From Eledone cirrhosa (taxonomy: Eukaryota): DNA of 64,000 bases. Positions 15,542 through 30,963 of the stretch are shown piece after piece (the stretch's first letter is position 1; each line of letters starts with the position of its first letter). The notes beneath the pieces are model-generated. The model searched no databases and was not told the origin of the DNA. It was given only the letters and a program-made list of their open reading frames with translations. The translations under genes and the position numbers were made by a program. The stretch lies in the NCBI GenBank assembly GCA_964016885.1, contig OZ024741.1:184140001-184204000 (forward strand). The letters run 5' to 3'.

Positions 15542-16113
15542 TGTGCTCGTGTGTCTGTGTGTGTGTTTGGATAATAATAAATGAGAGGGCATTAAATGTC
15601 AGGTGATTGAAAGAGAAATTGAGATGCCGTCCACTGCTGATATCACTGTAAGAGATAATATTGGTTACTTGAATCAGTAGAGCGTCGGTCTTTATATTTT
15701 GTTACATTCACTTTCATCTATATCAAAAGTCTACACACCTCTTCTCCTCTACACATTTTAGATATTGATTTCTACCGTACGCTAAAGGTGGTGCGCTTAC
15801 TGGAGGGACACAGGCGCTTATACCATCCTCCGTAGTTAACTGGTACTTCATTATATCGACTTTGTAAGGGTGAAAGACGAAGTTGACTTCAGTGCGTTTT
15901 GAAATCAGAACGTCATGGAACTGTACACCCGAAGCTCTACCGATTCAGCCAAATTCTCCATTTGTAATATTGACATGGTTTTGCTGGCAGAGAATATAAT
16001 AGCGATGATGGTGCTGCTGCTGCTGCTGATAATAATGATGATGATGATGATGAATGGGATGATGGTGGTGATGGTGATGATGGTGATGATGATGTTAGTG
16101 ATGATGATGGTGG

Positions 16114-16148
<35 letters not shown>

Positions 16149-16218
16149 TTGATGATGATGGTGATGATGATGCTGTTAGTGATGATGATGATGGTGATGG
16201 TGGTGGTGGTGATGGTGG

Positions 16219-16264
<46 letters not shown>

Positions 16265-16275
16265 GGTGGTGATGG

Positions 16276-16316
<41 letters not shown>

Positions 16317-16385
16317 GTGACGGTGGTGGTGATGAGGAACAGAATGATGATAGTTTGATGATGATGATGATGTTGATGATGATGG

Positions 16386-16435
<50 letters not shown>

Positions 16436-16590
16436 TTAGTGATGATCAAGAAGAGAATGATGATGATGGTGAGGTTTATAATGATGATGATGATATTACT
16501 GATGGTGATGGTGATGAGGATGTTAGTGAGGATGATGATGATGGTGGTGATGTTGGTGGTGATGTTGGTGATGATGGTGATGATGATGCT
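13240..16590. repeat. Low-complexity field: (CAA/TAA)n, (TA)n, (GA)n with ~110 bp purine-rich tandem units (14567-14880), (GAT/GGT)n 16004-16590
   Basis: Direct inspection; unit GAATTGATTGAAGCAGACGGTAATA repeated ~4 times. Confidence 0.9.
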
Positions 16591-16627
16591 GCAACAAAAT
16601 GAACACGCTTAAAGATCACCTAAATAT

Positions 16628-16980
16628 AATTGTTTCTACTTTTTGGCACAAGGCCAGCAATTATCCCAGTGTATTACTGGTACTTTATTTTATCGACCCC
16701 GTAAGGATGAAAGGCAAAGTTAACCTCGGCGGGATTTGAACTCAGAATGGTAAGGGCCGCAAATCTATGCGTCAAAGCATGGCGTAAATATAATTGTTTC
16801 TACTTTTGGCACAAGGCCATCAATTACCCAGTACATTACTGGTACTTTATTTTATCGACCCCGTAAGGATGAAAGGCAAAGTTAACCTCGGCGGGATTTG
16901 AACTCAGACTGTAAAGGGAGGACGTAACTATGCTGGAAAGCATGGCGTCCGACTCTCTACCGATACTGCCAATCCACACC
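16628..16980 (-). mobile_element. Two tandem SINEs separated and flanked by TAAATATAAT
   Basis: SINE body twice; TAAATATAAT at 16621, 16785 and 16988. Confidence 0.85.
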
Positions 16981-16996
16981 CATGGCGTAAATATAA

Positions 16997-17858
16997 TCTA
17001 TATATATAAAACTGTGGTTGTCTGTCTGTCTATCGATTTTTGGCACACATCTCCTCTTAGAATCTCTCACGGAATTGCACCGAAATTGCTATACTTGTAC
17101 ATTGAGCCCTAGCGAAGACATCGGAAAAAACAATATTTCAAATTGACCCACCCTATGTGACGAAATCGAATATAATGTATCCATTTTTGAGCGTAAGTTA
17201 TCAGTTATTTCCCTTTGTTCTGTTTACATTGAGCGTCTTACGTAAAAAATTACGCTGGCTTTCTCAGCGTTTAAAATGACATTAACACAATACACGAACA
17301 GTTGTCGTCGAGCCAGCAAAATATTGACCTGCAAAATTCATCAGTTCGAACACTAAGCTTCCGCTTTGCTTCATTTCCATTTAAAAGCATTTTAAAACAA
17401 TATTTTTACTTGAAAACAAGTCTATTTAAAGACTACGTAAAACAAGCAAATATTTCGTCGTTAGGCGTGCAGACAGACAGTCGTGCAGAGAGGTGATATA
17501 GGCGTGCAGACAGACAGTCGTGCAGAGAGGTGATATAGGCGTGCAGACAGACATAACTGATAATTTGGTTACGCGAATGTTTTTCTCTGCGTTGCAGTGT
17601 TTACATTTTCGATCTTTGTTAATAAATAACCAGTGCAGTTTCTATCCCCAGCATCCTCTTTTGTTATAACATTCGGGTTATCGTTATGTTTTCTTAACTT
17701 CATAAGGCATATTGTTAGTTGAGGGAATATTAATCAAAAACACCACATGCAAGTCTGCACAGTAGACACTACAGTTTTTAAGCCAAGAAAGAAACTTAAC
17801 ATTGTAACTTTAACACAGCTACTGAGCGACCCCGAACAACGCCGGGCTTTACTGCTAG
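16997..17858 (+). mobile_element. Non-autonomous Helitron
   Basis: 5' A|TCTATATATATAAAAC..GTCTGTCTG; 3' hairpin CCCGAACAACGCCGGG then CTAG|T; no TSD; internal 28-bp tandem repeat 17462-17552. Confidence 0.8.
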
Positions 17859-17967
17859 TACAATATAAACAGAAAGGAAGAATGAAAAGAAACGTGCACA
17901 CACACACTTAGACTTACACACACTCACACACTCATACAGACGCACGCAGATGCATATATATATATAT

Positions 17968-18053
<86 letters not shown>

Positions 18054-18054
18054 C

Positions 18055-18111
<57 letters not shown>

Positions 18112-18367
18112 TATACATATATATAAATGTGTATATATGTATATAGATATACATATATATATATATATACATGTATACACATTTATATATATATGTATAT
18201 ATATATATATATATATATACATATATATACATATAAATACGTATATATATACATACATATATATATACGTATATATATATACATATATATATACGTATAT
18301 ATATTTACATATATACACATACATATATATATGTATATATACATATATATGTATATGTATATATATA

Positions 18368-18421
<54 letters not shown>

Positions 18422-19622
18422 TACATAAAGAGATAGATAGATAAGATAGATAGAGTGAGAGAGAGGGGGTAGAGAGAGAGAGACAGAGAAAGAGAGCGGT
18501 TGTGAGAGATGGTAAGAGAAAGAAAGAGAAATATAACAGAAACCCGGAAAATAATGTCTAAAAGTCATCTGTTGGTTTATATTGTTTGGTACCGTTAATA
18601 TGATGAAGCAGTGTTGGGATGTGTTGGGTTAGTTGGGTTAGCAGGGTTAGCTGAGTTTAGGTGGGTTTGGTTGGTTGGCTGTGGTTGGTTGGGTTGGGTT
18701 GTCGTGAACTGGTCTGGACAGCAAAGAACTCGGCATTTAATCCCTTTAAATTAGTGAGAAACTCGGACATAGTCTGACATTGCAATGACAACTTCCGTTA
18801 TTTCATTACTGCTTTCAATCCAGTGTGGATTCTAATACGCCCACCTCTCAAATAAGTGGCATATATTTCGAAACCAGAAGATTTACTGTCCAAATAATGC
18901 CAAAATGCACCTTTCTTTGACTTTTCAGCCTTCGGAATGTTCTTTACACGACGTTTTCCAGAGCAGTTAACGTCGTTGGATACACGACAGACGCGTAGCG
19001 TTCCTTGGGGAGAAGAACTGTCGCTTTCCCAAACAGGAAATGGCCAGAGGCTAAATTGTTATGAAGTTGACCATTAGGCCAAAAACAATGACCCTTAAGG
19101 GGTGGAAAATGCCTCGTGCGAAATTTTATTTTTATATTCTATTTTTGGTTGCTTTTATTGTTTGTTTTCTTGGCCTCTTTCCTCTAATATTTAGGATTTG
19201 ATTTAATGGAACCAAACGCCAAAGTATCTCCCACACAATCTGTCTTTCCTGGCGCTATCCAAACTAGTGAACCATTCTTAATATTATTCTATTGTATTTC
19301 CTATTATGACGACTGCTCGCGTTTTTTTTTTTCATATCCCTTTCTCTTCTGCTATGAGTGGAGATAATGATTGAATGAGCAATGAATGATTAGATGAACA
19401 AATGAGTGAGTCTGTAAATGAATGAAATGAATGAATTAAGTGAATAAAGGATAACTACACGAATTAAATTCAGTGAAAGAGTCAATGATTTAAATTTAAA
19501 AAAATAGCTGAAGAATTTATAAAAAAGACAAAACAAAAGAAAAGATCAACAATACATGTATAAGAGATTAGTTACGGGTTTTAAATATTATCAAAGGATA
19601 TATTGAAATAAAAGCTTTGTTT

Positions 19623-19711
<89 letters not shown>

Positions 19712-19712
19712 A

Positions 19713-22700
19713 CAATCGCGGCCAGACTTCTTTAAGCGTCTAGAGTCTTTTCTGGGAACGTCTCGCTCCTTGCTTTTAGTGAGGGACTGGAATGGTATCC
19801 TAGATGCACGATGGGACTATGTAAGAGCATGCCCCAGTAGATGGGCGTGAAACAGGCTCAAAACTTTAATCGGCCAATTCCAACTGGCCGATAGGTACCG
19901 ACTGGATTTCCTGACTGCACCACAGTGGACGTGGGCAAACCTCAGCGGGACATCTAAATCGTATTTAGATAGATTCTTCATTAGAGAAAGGGACAAGGAG
20001 ATGTTAAGCTGCCCACAAATGCACACGGTTGCCTATATTCAGATCACAAACTAGTCGTCTGCGTCGTCAACAGTTATAGAACACATAGACAGGGACGCGG
20101 ATACTGGAAGCTGAACGTGTCGTTGCTGGCACGAAAAGCCTACAGTGAACGGATAAGTAGATTAGTTAAGCAAGAGCTGACGCGAGCCATCGTCAACAAT
20201 AGATGGTGGTACTCTCTTAAGAAAGCAATTAGAGTAGAATCAATAGGGTTTAGCAGAGAATTAGCTTTAATGAATAACAAATCAGAAAGAGAACTAGTAG
20301 CCAAGGTAGAAGAGGCACTTAGGAGTGGCAACGCAGCTAGAGTTCTAGCATCGAGAAGGGCACTGGACCAGCTCTTCGACGCAAAACAGAAAGGCTGCGT
20401 GGTCAGAAGTAAATCACGTGCTCTAGGAAACGAGGGAGCAAAAGCTGTAAGCTGGGCCCGAGTGGCGGAGGCGAAAACTGGCAACAAGTCTACGATTCGT
20501 TCTTTGAAAGACCAAAACGGACGCGTGCTACTTGATCCCAAGCGGATGTGCGCGACCTTTCAGCGGCACTTTGAGTAACTGTTCGGGCAGAGTAGCGGTG
20601 CGTCGAACGGGGAAATGGATTTCGGTTCATACCTCGAGGCCTGCCTCGTCTCTCGAGCATGGACGCCGAGTTCTGCGAAAGACCGATCACGGCCACTGAG
20701 ATACGGGACGCTGTGGGCCGCTGCGGGAATCGCAAAATCACCCGGTCTAGATGGTCTACCCTATGAGTTTTACATAGGCATGCCGGACTTGTTCTCTGGC
20801 GTCCTCGAGGCTGTCTACTGCAACTGGCAGCAGAAAGGGAGAATTACCAGTTCTGCAGGCAAAGGCGTAGTAACGCTGATCAGCAAAGACGAGAACAAGG
20901 GGGACGAACTAAGCAACTTTAGGCCTACAACTCTGCTCAACACAGAGTTAAAGATTTTGGCCAAGGTGTTGGCAACGAGGTTGGCGCTTGTCGTCGAGAA
21001 CCTGGTAGGGAAAGCGCAACGTGTGAAATGCCGACCAGGTCCGTACACGACAACCTGCAACTCATGCGATACATCATAGAGAGGGTGGGGTGTAAACCCG
21101 GCTTTTGTGGGGCTCTGATCAATTTAGATCAGTCTAGGGCGTTCGATAGGGTCGACCATCGATACTTGGAAGCGGTTCTCAAGGCAGCCGATTTCGGACC
21201 CGTTTCAGAGGCTGGATCGCCGCAATGCACACCAACATCTGCTAGACGGTCAAGGTGAACGGCTACCTATCGGAGCGGTTTGCAATCACACGTTCCATTC
21301 GACATGCCCTCTGTCCTCTATTCTGTACATACTGACTCTAGAGCCACTACTGCGGAAGCTGGATCTGCTGCAGGGTATTCCGTTGGAACCGGGACTGCGG
21401 AAAGTGGCGTCGACTTATGCCGACGAAGTGAAGGTAATGGTGTCGGAAGCCTCCGAAGTAGGGGCGATCGGCAAGTTACTGCAGGAATATGAAAGGCTTA
21501 CAAGAGCAAAATTGAACCTGGAGAAGTCTGTCGGTTTGCAACTCGGAACGTGGAAAGGCAAACCGATGCTGTCCGACAGCGTCGTCGGACGCTGGACGGA
21601 TGGACCGGTGAAATTGCTCGGGAGAAAAACTGGACCGAGATCACGGCCAAGGTGTTTGCGCTCACCCAGAAGTGGGCAGAGTGCAAACTGTACTTGCAAG
21701 GTCGAGCGGAGGTGGCGAACACTTTCATAGTGTCCGTCATCTACTACCGCTTGACTGTCGTGCCTTGTCCCCGTGAACACCTCGCGAAGATGGAACGCAT
21801 GCTCTTCCAGTTTCTGTGGAAGGAGCAGGCTCCGCTGGTGAGGAGATCCGTCTGCTGTCAGCACCCTTCCAACGGAGGGCTGGGAATGCCGTGGCTGATG
21901 ATGCGCAAACATGAGCTGAGGCTGCGGCATCTACAGTGATTCCTCACCGACCCCCAACCGGTGTGGGCACCGTTTTGAGACAGGCTTTCTGCAGCTCGTC
22001 TCGCTGACGGAGCTGCAGTCTTGGTCAAGAAAAGACCGAAAACGATGGGCGCCTGGCACATAGAATGCGCTCAGGCGCTCACTGTCCTTTGGCAACAGGG
22101 CTCAGCAATCAGTGGAGACTCCATTTTGACATTATATAGAGGGATTGTACGTTACAATGGCGACGACGTGCTCTAAGAGAATCTGGGCATCGAAGACGAT
22201 GAGCTCACCAGTCTGATCGGTAGGACTTTCCGCCCGGGACCTATGGGCACCTTCCAGAGGTCTCTGGCCTGGTAGTGCTACTGAGGAGCTCTACCAGTTC
22301 GTGACAAGATCTACAGGCAAGGACGCCTCTGCAGGGATCCTTCCAAGAGGACGTGTCCAAGATGCGCACAGGACATTGAAACCGTCCTGCACGCAATTGT
22401 ACACTTCCCGGGCGTAACCAACCTGTGGAATTACGCGGAATAACTGCTGGCGCGTATGGGACAAATCCAGTTGAGTGCCGAGTCCATAGTAAGGATCAAA
22501 CCGCCAACTTCTTCCAAAAACGGAAGAGAGGCGGTTTTCCTCAGTATAGTGGCTATGGTGAAAGAAGTGGACGAGATTGAGAGGACTGAGGACAGATGCC
22601 TTTCTCTCCGGACAACAACTCATTCCATTCTTTAGATACCACTTTAGAAGGAGAATCAGAATGGAGAGAGAGGCACTGCACCCCATTAAATTTACTGAAA

Positions 22701-23019
22701 GGTGGGTGAATGTGGCAAACATGGCCCGAGTGATTGGGCCTTCTCTGTATTTAAACCTGTAGGTTGAAGAAGAGAGCAAACGGAAGAAAGGAGCACTTGC
22801 ACAACACGCTCCTGAAGTTGAGGGTTGTTCTATCGACGAGGTATTAAACAACCCATTTGTAGCGCCTCCCCCCTATTGGGAATTTCGATTGTTATAATTG
22901 TTTGTTTTATATTTTTTTACACCATTGTATGTAAAATCCCCGGCATGTCTTTGTTTTGTCCCCTTTTCTTGTGCATCTTTGTGGCTAATAAAGAAATCTA
23001 TCTATCTATCTATCTATCT
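19713..23019 (+). mobile_element. Tx1/L1-clade LINE copy A (APE end + RT + CCHC), decayed, flanked by (ATCT)n
   Basis: DWNGILD, YLDRF, GYWKLN, KSPGLDGLPYEFY, RPTTLLNTELKILAKVLATRL, LDQSRAFDRVDH, YADE, CPRC..H; AATAAAGAA(ATCT)n tail; (TATC)n 19623-19712 upstream. Confidence 0.92.
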
Positions 23020-23021
23020 GT

Positions 23022-25594
23022 CAATTAGAGTAGAATCGATAGGGTTTACAGAGAGTTAGCCTTAGAGAAAAACAAAATAGAAAGAGAACTAGTAGCCAAG
23101 GTAGAGGAGACACTTAGAAGTGGCAACGCGGCTAGAGTGTTAGCGTCGAGAACGGCACTGGACCACTTCTTCGATGCGAAACACGAAGGCTGCGTGGTCA
23201 GAAGCAAAACACGTGCTCTAGGAAACGAAGGAGCGAAAGCTGTCAGCTGGGCCTGAGTGGCGGAGACAAAAAGTGGCAACAAGTCGAACGATTCGGTCTT
23301 TGAAAGACCAAAACGGACGCGTGCTACTTGAACCAAGCAAATGTGCGCGGCCTTTCAGCAGCACTTTGCGCGACTGTTTGAGCAGAACAACAGTGAGCCG
23401 AACGGGGCAATGGATTTTAGTTCATACCTCAACGGCCTGCCGCGTCCCCCGAACACGGACGCCGAGTTCTTCGAAAGACCAATCACGGAAACTGAGATAC
23501 GGGACGCTCTGGGCCGCTGCTGGAAACGCAAACACCAGGTCTAGATGGTCTACCCTATGAGTTTTACATAGGCATGCCGGACTTGAGGCCGTTTACTGCA
23601 ATTTGCAGCAGAACGGGAGTATTCCCAGTTCTGCAGGCAAGGGCGTAGTAACGCTGATCAGGAAAGACGTGAACAAGGGGGACGAAATTAACAACTTCAG
23701 CCCCATAACTCTGCTCAACACAGAGTTAAAGATATTGGCCAAGGTGCTAGCGACGAGGTTAGCGCTTGTCGTCGAGAACATGGTAGGGAAAGCGCAAACG
23801 TGTGCAATCCCGACCAGGCCCATACACGACAATCTTCACCTCATGCGATACATCATAGAGAGGGTGGGTAGTAAACCCGGCTTCGGTGGGCTCTGATCAA
23901 TTTGGATCAGTCTAAGGCATTCGATAGGGTCGACCATCGATACTTGGAAGCGTTTCTCAAGGCGGCCGGTTTCGGTCCCGTTTTCAGAGGCTGGATCGAG
24001 GCGATGCACACTAGCACCTGCTTGAGGGTCAAGGTGAACGGCTACCTATCGGGGCCGTTCGCAATCACACGTTCCATACGACAGGGGTGCCCTCTCTCCT
24101 CCATTATGTATGTATTGACTCTAGAGCCAGTACTGCGGAAATTGGAGCTGTTGCAGGGCATCGCTCTAGAACCGGGACTGCGCAAAGCGGCGTCGGCTTA
24201 TGCCAACAACGTGATGGTAATGGTGTCAAGCACCTCGGAAATCGGGGTAATCGGCAACTTACTGAAAGGATACGAAACGCTGACGGGAGCAAACTAAACC
24301 CGGACAAGCCTGTCGGTTTGCAACTCGGTACGTAGAGAGGCAAACCGATGACGTCAGACAGCGACGTTGGACGCTAGACGAACGGACCGGTGAAATTGCT
24401 CGGCGTCTGGTTCGGTCTAGACCTCCGGTTGGAGAAAAACTGGAACCAGCGAAGGTGTTTGCGCTCACTCAGAAGTGGGCAGAGTGCAAACTGTACTTGA
24501 AAGGTCGAGCGGAGGTGGCGAACACTTTCATAGCATCCGTCATCTACTACCGCTTGACTGTGAACACCTCGTGAAGATGGAACGTATGCTCTTCCAGTTT
24601 CTGTGGAAGAAGCAGGCTCCGCTGGTGAGGAGATCCGTCTGCTGTCAGCACCCTTACAACACGCCTCGCACATTGAATTCGCTCAGGCGCTCACAGTCCT
24701 CTAGCAAGCGGACACAGCAATCAGTGGAGATTCCACTTCGACATTCTATAGAGGGATTGTACGTTACAAGGTCGACGACATGCTCGGAGAGATTCTGAGC
24801 GTAGAAGACGTTGAGGTCACCAGTCTGTTTGGTAGGACTTTCCAACCGGGACCTATGGACAAATTCCAGAGGTCCCTGGCAGTGCTACCGAGGAGCTCTA
24901 CCAGTTCGTGACAAGATCTACAGGCAAGGAGGCCCCGGCAGGGATCCTTCCAAGAGGACGTGTCCAAGATGCGCGCAGGACGTTGAAACCGCCCTTCACG
25001 CAATTCTACACTTCTCGAGCGTAACCGACCTGTGGAACTATGCAGAACAACTGCTGTTGCGTATGGGATAAATTCAGTTGACTGCCGAGTTCATAGTAAG
25101 GATCAAACCGCCAGCCTCTTTAAAAAACGAAAGAGAGGCGGTTCCCTCTGTACAGTGGCTATGGTGAAAGAAGTTATATAGTGGACGAGGTTGGGAGGAC
25201 TGAGGACAGATGCCTTTCTCTCCGGACAACAATTGATTCCCTTCTTTAAGTATCATTTTAGAAGGACAATCAGAATGGAGAGAGAGGCACTGCACCCCAG
25301 TACATTCACTGAAAGGTGAGTGAATGTGGCAAAAATGGCCTGAGTGATTGGGCCTTCTGTGTTTATAAGCCTGTAGGTTAAAGAAGAGCGCTAAAGGAAG
25401 AAAGCGCGTTCTTGAATTTGAGGGTTGTTCTATCGACTGGGTATTAAACAACCCATTTATGGCACTTCATCCCTATTGGAGATTTCGATTGTTATAGTTG
25501 TTTGTTTTATATATTTTACACGACTGTATGTAAAATCCCCGCCATGTCTTTGTATTGTTCCCTTTTCTTGTGCGCCCTTGTGGCAAATAAAGAA

Positions 25595-25660
<66 letters not shown>
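23022..25660 (+). mobile_element. Tx1/L1-clade LINE copy B, directly after the (ATCT)n tail of copy A
   Basis: Starts at the position equivalent to 20226 of copy A; DQSKAFDRVDH, RQGCPLS; internal deletion near 24655; long (ATCT)n tail. Confidence 0.92.
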
Positions 25661-25814
25661 ATAATTATCTATCTAATTCATATCTATATATGTCTGGTTA
25701 CTTGTCTGTAAATGTATGTATGTACGTCTCTTTCTCTCTATAAATATACGAGCGTAATACAGGCGTACGTGCACGCACACATACACATACACACACACAC
25801 ATACACACACACAC

Positions 25815-25846
<32 letters not shown>

Positions 25847-26009
25847 CTGTGTGTATACAGGTAATGAGAGAGAGAGGAAAGGGGAGGGAGAAAGAGAGAC
25901 ATAAATAGAGAAGACAAAGTGTAAGGAAGAGGAACACAAATAGATAATTACTTCAGATGAAACATGGTACACTTAGCCATGTTTCGCTGAGTGGCTCATT
26001 TATAGTGTA

Positions 26010-26636
26010 TAAACTATGAAGTCAAACGCTGCGTGAGTGCCCGATATTTCCAAAGCAACTTCTCTACGAAGAACTGTGTGAAGGAAGGCGACCACCACAC
26101 AAACCAAAAATGCGGTACCGGGGCTGTATCAGGGCACCTTGGCTTGTGCTGGAATTTCATCTGACGAATGGCTGAGGGGCGTGTGAAGTGGAGACGTTTG
26201 ATCAAGTCAGATAGTGAACACAAGTCAGGTAGTGAACACCTTACACTGAAAAGGAAGGTAAGGAAAAGAGACTGTTATGAACTGCGTGCTGTTGAAAGTC
26301 ATCTGGTTTGCCAGCACTGTGGTCGAGTCCGCCTGAATAAAGCTGGTTTGATTAGGCACGAACAAAGTCATATAAGTAGACTCCATGTAGAATATGATCT
26401 GAAAAGGTGTAAGGAATGAGGCAAGGAATGTGCTAGCATGGTAGGGCTTACATGAGACACATGAGAACACACAACCACGAAAACGCAATGGAAAGTCCCG
26501 GAGGAGCCTACAGTTACCGTGTATGTGCCAGAGGGTGCAAGCCCTTGGCTGTGGTTTAAAGAGCCACATTCGTGCCTCAAATTTTTGAGCTTTCTATCGG
26601 GCGATGGCAATGCTCGAACACGAGTTTGCATTTATC
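26010..26636 (+). mobile_element. RTE-clade LINE 3' fragment
   Basis: PKQLLYEELCEGRRPPHKPKMRY, MAEGRVKWRRLI, C2H2-like CQHCGRVRLNKAGLIRHEQSH; 3' hairpin CTCGAACACGAG. Confidence 0.75.
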
Positions 26637-26957
26637 ACACACACACACACAAACGCACGCACACACACACACACACACACACGCACACACACTCATATGT
26701 ATACATATATATATATATATACACAAACGTTTACTGAACCCAGTGATTGAGGTCTCAGTTTTCTATGGCGCCTCTACACATTTCGCAACAGCGTGTACAG
26801 TCTGCTGTGGTGGCCATAAGTAGACGGTGAAACCTAAGGTACCGCAATACATGTAGTAATATATATATATATATTTATATCATATATAGAGTTATCAACT
26901 CAAACAGTCTTTTACAATTAAATAGCTCAAAGAAAGGGATATTTCTGAGCCGTGTAA

Positions 26958-27340
26958 TACAAATGAATATATGATAGGGATAAACACTAATACAAGTATA
27001 TAAGTGTTTATATTGCAAATGACCAAGTTAGCTAGATTGAAAAATACTAATTAAATTAATACAGTTTGCCTGTCTCGATTTAAAATAATAAATCAATAAA
27101 AACAAACCTATATTGGCAATATTGTTGCGAAACAAATTTAAGATTTGAAATTTAAATTTGTCCGGGTATCCCGGCTATTGCCAATATAGGTTTGTTTTTA
27201 TTGATTTATTATTTTAAATGGAGACAGGCAAACTGTATTAATTTAATTAGTATTTTTCAATCTAGCTAACTTGGTCATTTGCAATACAAACACTTATATA
27301 CTTGTATTAGTGTTTATCCCTATCATATATTCATTTGTAT
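26958..27340. repeat. Palindrome (~165 bp arms) whose spacer is the 3' half of a hammerhead
   Basis: Arms 26958-27121 / 27176-27340; spacer GAAA(27129)-CAAATTTAA..TTAAATTTG-TC(27162). Related sequence at 58010-58105. Confidence 0.85.
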
Positions 27341-27555
27341 ATATTTATATCTATATTTTTAACTGTTGGTGAATCAATGATAAACATTGATTGCGAAATG
27401 AATTAACTATGGAGATATAAAAGATATAGAAGCGAAAACCAACCCAAACCAAACAGTGAGTGTGTTCTCTTATTATATCTGGCAGTATTACACAAATATG
27501 ACATTCCCCAAGTTTAACAATATTTGTTTTGACACACGAATTCATATCAAATCCT

Positions 27556-27602
<47 letters not shown>

Positions 27603-27627
27603 AATCCTTGCGTATATATATATATAT

Positions 27628-27836
27628 AAAGTCAAACAAATAGGGCGTATAAGCCCTGGAAAATGTGAAAATATGTAAGTGTATGTGTGTGTATGTGTAC
27701 GAGTCCATATATTTATATTTACATCATAGTCGATACTGTGTTGTATACATACATACACACATACACAATATATATATATATAATATATATTATATGTGTG
27801 TGTGTGTGTGTCTCTAACCTTGTACGTATATCTGTA

Positions 27837-27911
<75 letters not shown>

Positions 27912-28150
27912 ATATATATACATATATATATGTATATATATATATACGTACAAGGTTAGATACACACACACACACATATAATATACATTATAAATATATA
28001 TTGTGTATGTGTGTATCTATGTATACCAGTGTAACAACACAGTATCGACTATGATGTAAATATAAATATATTGACTCGTACACATACACACACATACACT
28101 TATATATTTTCCCATTTCCCAGGGCTTACACGCCCTATTTGTTTGACTTT
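27628..28150. repeat. Inverted repeat (~200 bp arms) around a (TA)n spacer
   Basis: AAAGTCAAACAAATAGGGCG.. vs ..CGCCCTATTTGTTTGACTTT. Confidence 0.85.
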
Positions 28151-28277
28151 TCATCGTAAAAATTACATAAGTTGTAACCATTAACTTTACTGCAAAGTCG
28201 TCTCAATTTTCGGAGATTCATAATTCCCCCGGGTTTCCTAAAATACATTGTTTATTTACACACACATATATACATAT

Positions 28278-28411
<134 letters not shown>

Positions 28412-28495
28412 GTATATATGAAGATTTAGGGTAAAGAAGGTAGATATAATTACCATTTCAAAAGTCGTATATATATTTTAATACTGTTACTGGTT

Positions 28496-29106
<611 letters not shown>

Positions 29107-29289
29107 ACCTATATATATAAAAAAAGATGTTTATTGGTTGGTTGGTTGGTTGGTTGGTTAGTTAAATCATACGGAAACTACACACATAACACACACACTC
29201 ACACACAAACATCTAAAGAGAGAAACACAGTAAAAAAGCGAAAATGTGACTGTAGTACAGAAATTAAGAATAACAAAAGGAGAGCGTAG

Positions 29290-29327
<38 letters not shown>

Positions 29328-29358
29328 CAAGTTTATAAATGCATATGTATATATATAT

Positions 29359-29415
<57 letters not shown>

Positions 29416-29539
29416 GTCACACGAAAGTCGAGAAATGGCTTAATATATAGATCCTTTGATTTATATAGTAAGGTTTAACAATATTGCGTTAGCTTTTATA
29501 AAGTCGTTTTACAGGTTTTGATTTCAGAAAACAAAGAAA

Positions 29540-29919
29540 TTTGATGCTATTTGAAATTAATCTACCCTCCAGCATTTATCCATATACTACTTACAGACCG
29601 TACTAACGAAGCTAAACACTTCAGAAGCAATGTTATGCGGTATATTGCTGTATTTCAGATGACGTCCTTTGGAGCTGAAAAAGATCATACTGACTATGGT
29701 TATTTCACACTTTTAAAATTCAAGGCCAATGCTACAATTTAATCGGCAGTTTACTACCCCAGCCTAATAAGGAAGTTTTATGATTGTCTTTTTTTTTATG
29801 TCTCTCTCTCTCTCACAAACACATTACGGTCTCGCCTCATACCAGACAACACATCCAATACAGTCGTTTTCTCTTTTATCCGTCTTCTCTTAACTAATCT
29901 CCCGGGCGAACTCAGCTAG
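29540..29919 (+). mobile_element. Helitron remnant with RepHel N-terminal coding fragment and 3' end
   Basis: LLTDRTNEAKHFRSNVMRYIAVFQMTSFG, then frameshifted IQGQCYNLIGSLLPQPN (Helitron QGQxYHxIGSLLP motif); ends CCCGGGCGAACTCAGCTAG|T. Confidence 0.75.
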
Positions 29920-30078
29920 TCTTATATAAATAATTTTGCAATTAACATCTTATGAAACCGCCTACCTCTTGCATCATGATTGCATGATGAAACTGGGCCA
30001 TAGAAATATATGTGGTGTTTTCGCAGAAATAAAATATTAGTGAAATTTAGTTTCCAGTCCGGCTTTCTGTTATTTTAA

Positions 30079-30170
<92 letters not shown>

Positions 30171-30409
30171 TAATATATATATATACGGGCATAATTTTCA
30201 ATCATATTTTATTATTTGTTTGACACCAATAGCTTGGTGGTTTCTATGGCTGTGCGGATAATGGTTTAACCATCGTCTCAGTGTGTTTGGCCTTTTAACG
30301 TACGTTGTTGCTCTAGTTCGCTAGTTTCTATGGAGCGCTTGCCACACATCTCGGAAGTTGTTTTTCGCTAATTTCCAATAGCCGAAATGCGATTCTCGCT
30401 AATTTATAT

Positions 30410-30755
30410 ATATATAAGATTTCTTATCTGAAACATGTGTTGAAACAAATATTGTTATACTTTGGGAGGGTCATGTTGCCAATAAAAACACACGCAGTTG
30501 TTGGTTTTCACTGCAATTTATTATACATTTCCGGTTGATTGGTTGGTTCGATAATCGAATGGTTCTTTATATAGCTCTTTCGTCACACATTTTGTGACCT
30601 ACTCAGTGACTGGGTTTTTATTTTGTCTCTCTCCTTTGTTCTATCATACACCATCTTGTTATCGAATCAACCAACGAACCGGAAATTTATAATAAATTAA
30701 ACTGAAAACCTACAGATTTTATTGGCAGCAGGACCCTCCCAAATATAACAATATT
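30410..30755 (-). mobile_element. Old fold-back element with decayed hammerhead-like core
   Basis: Diverged arms 30448-30552 / 30662-30755; minus strand CTGAGTAG-GTCACA..TGTGAC-GAAA at 30578-30606. Confidence 0.55.
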
Positions 30756-30847
30756 TACATATATGTATATACATATATTTGAGTGTGTGTGTATGTGTTT
30801 GTGTGTGCGTATGTGTGTATGCATATATGAATATATGTATATATATG

Positions 30848-30878
<31 letters not shown>

Positions 30879-30902
30879 CTATGTTTATATGTATATTTAT
30901 AC

Positions 30903-30959
<57 letters not shown>

Positions 30960-30963
<4 letters not shown>

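Noticed and set aside
17462-17552. 28-bp direct repeats resembling a CRISPR array
   Set aside because: No spacers, eukaryotic context, and internal to a Helitron.
18770-19100. Unique sequence with a polypyrimidine-CAG acceptor-like site at ~18928
   Set aside because: No recognisable protein or clear donor; cannot support an exon.
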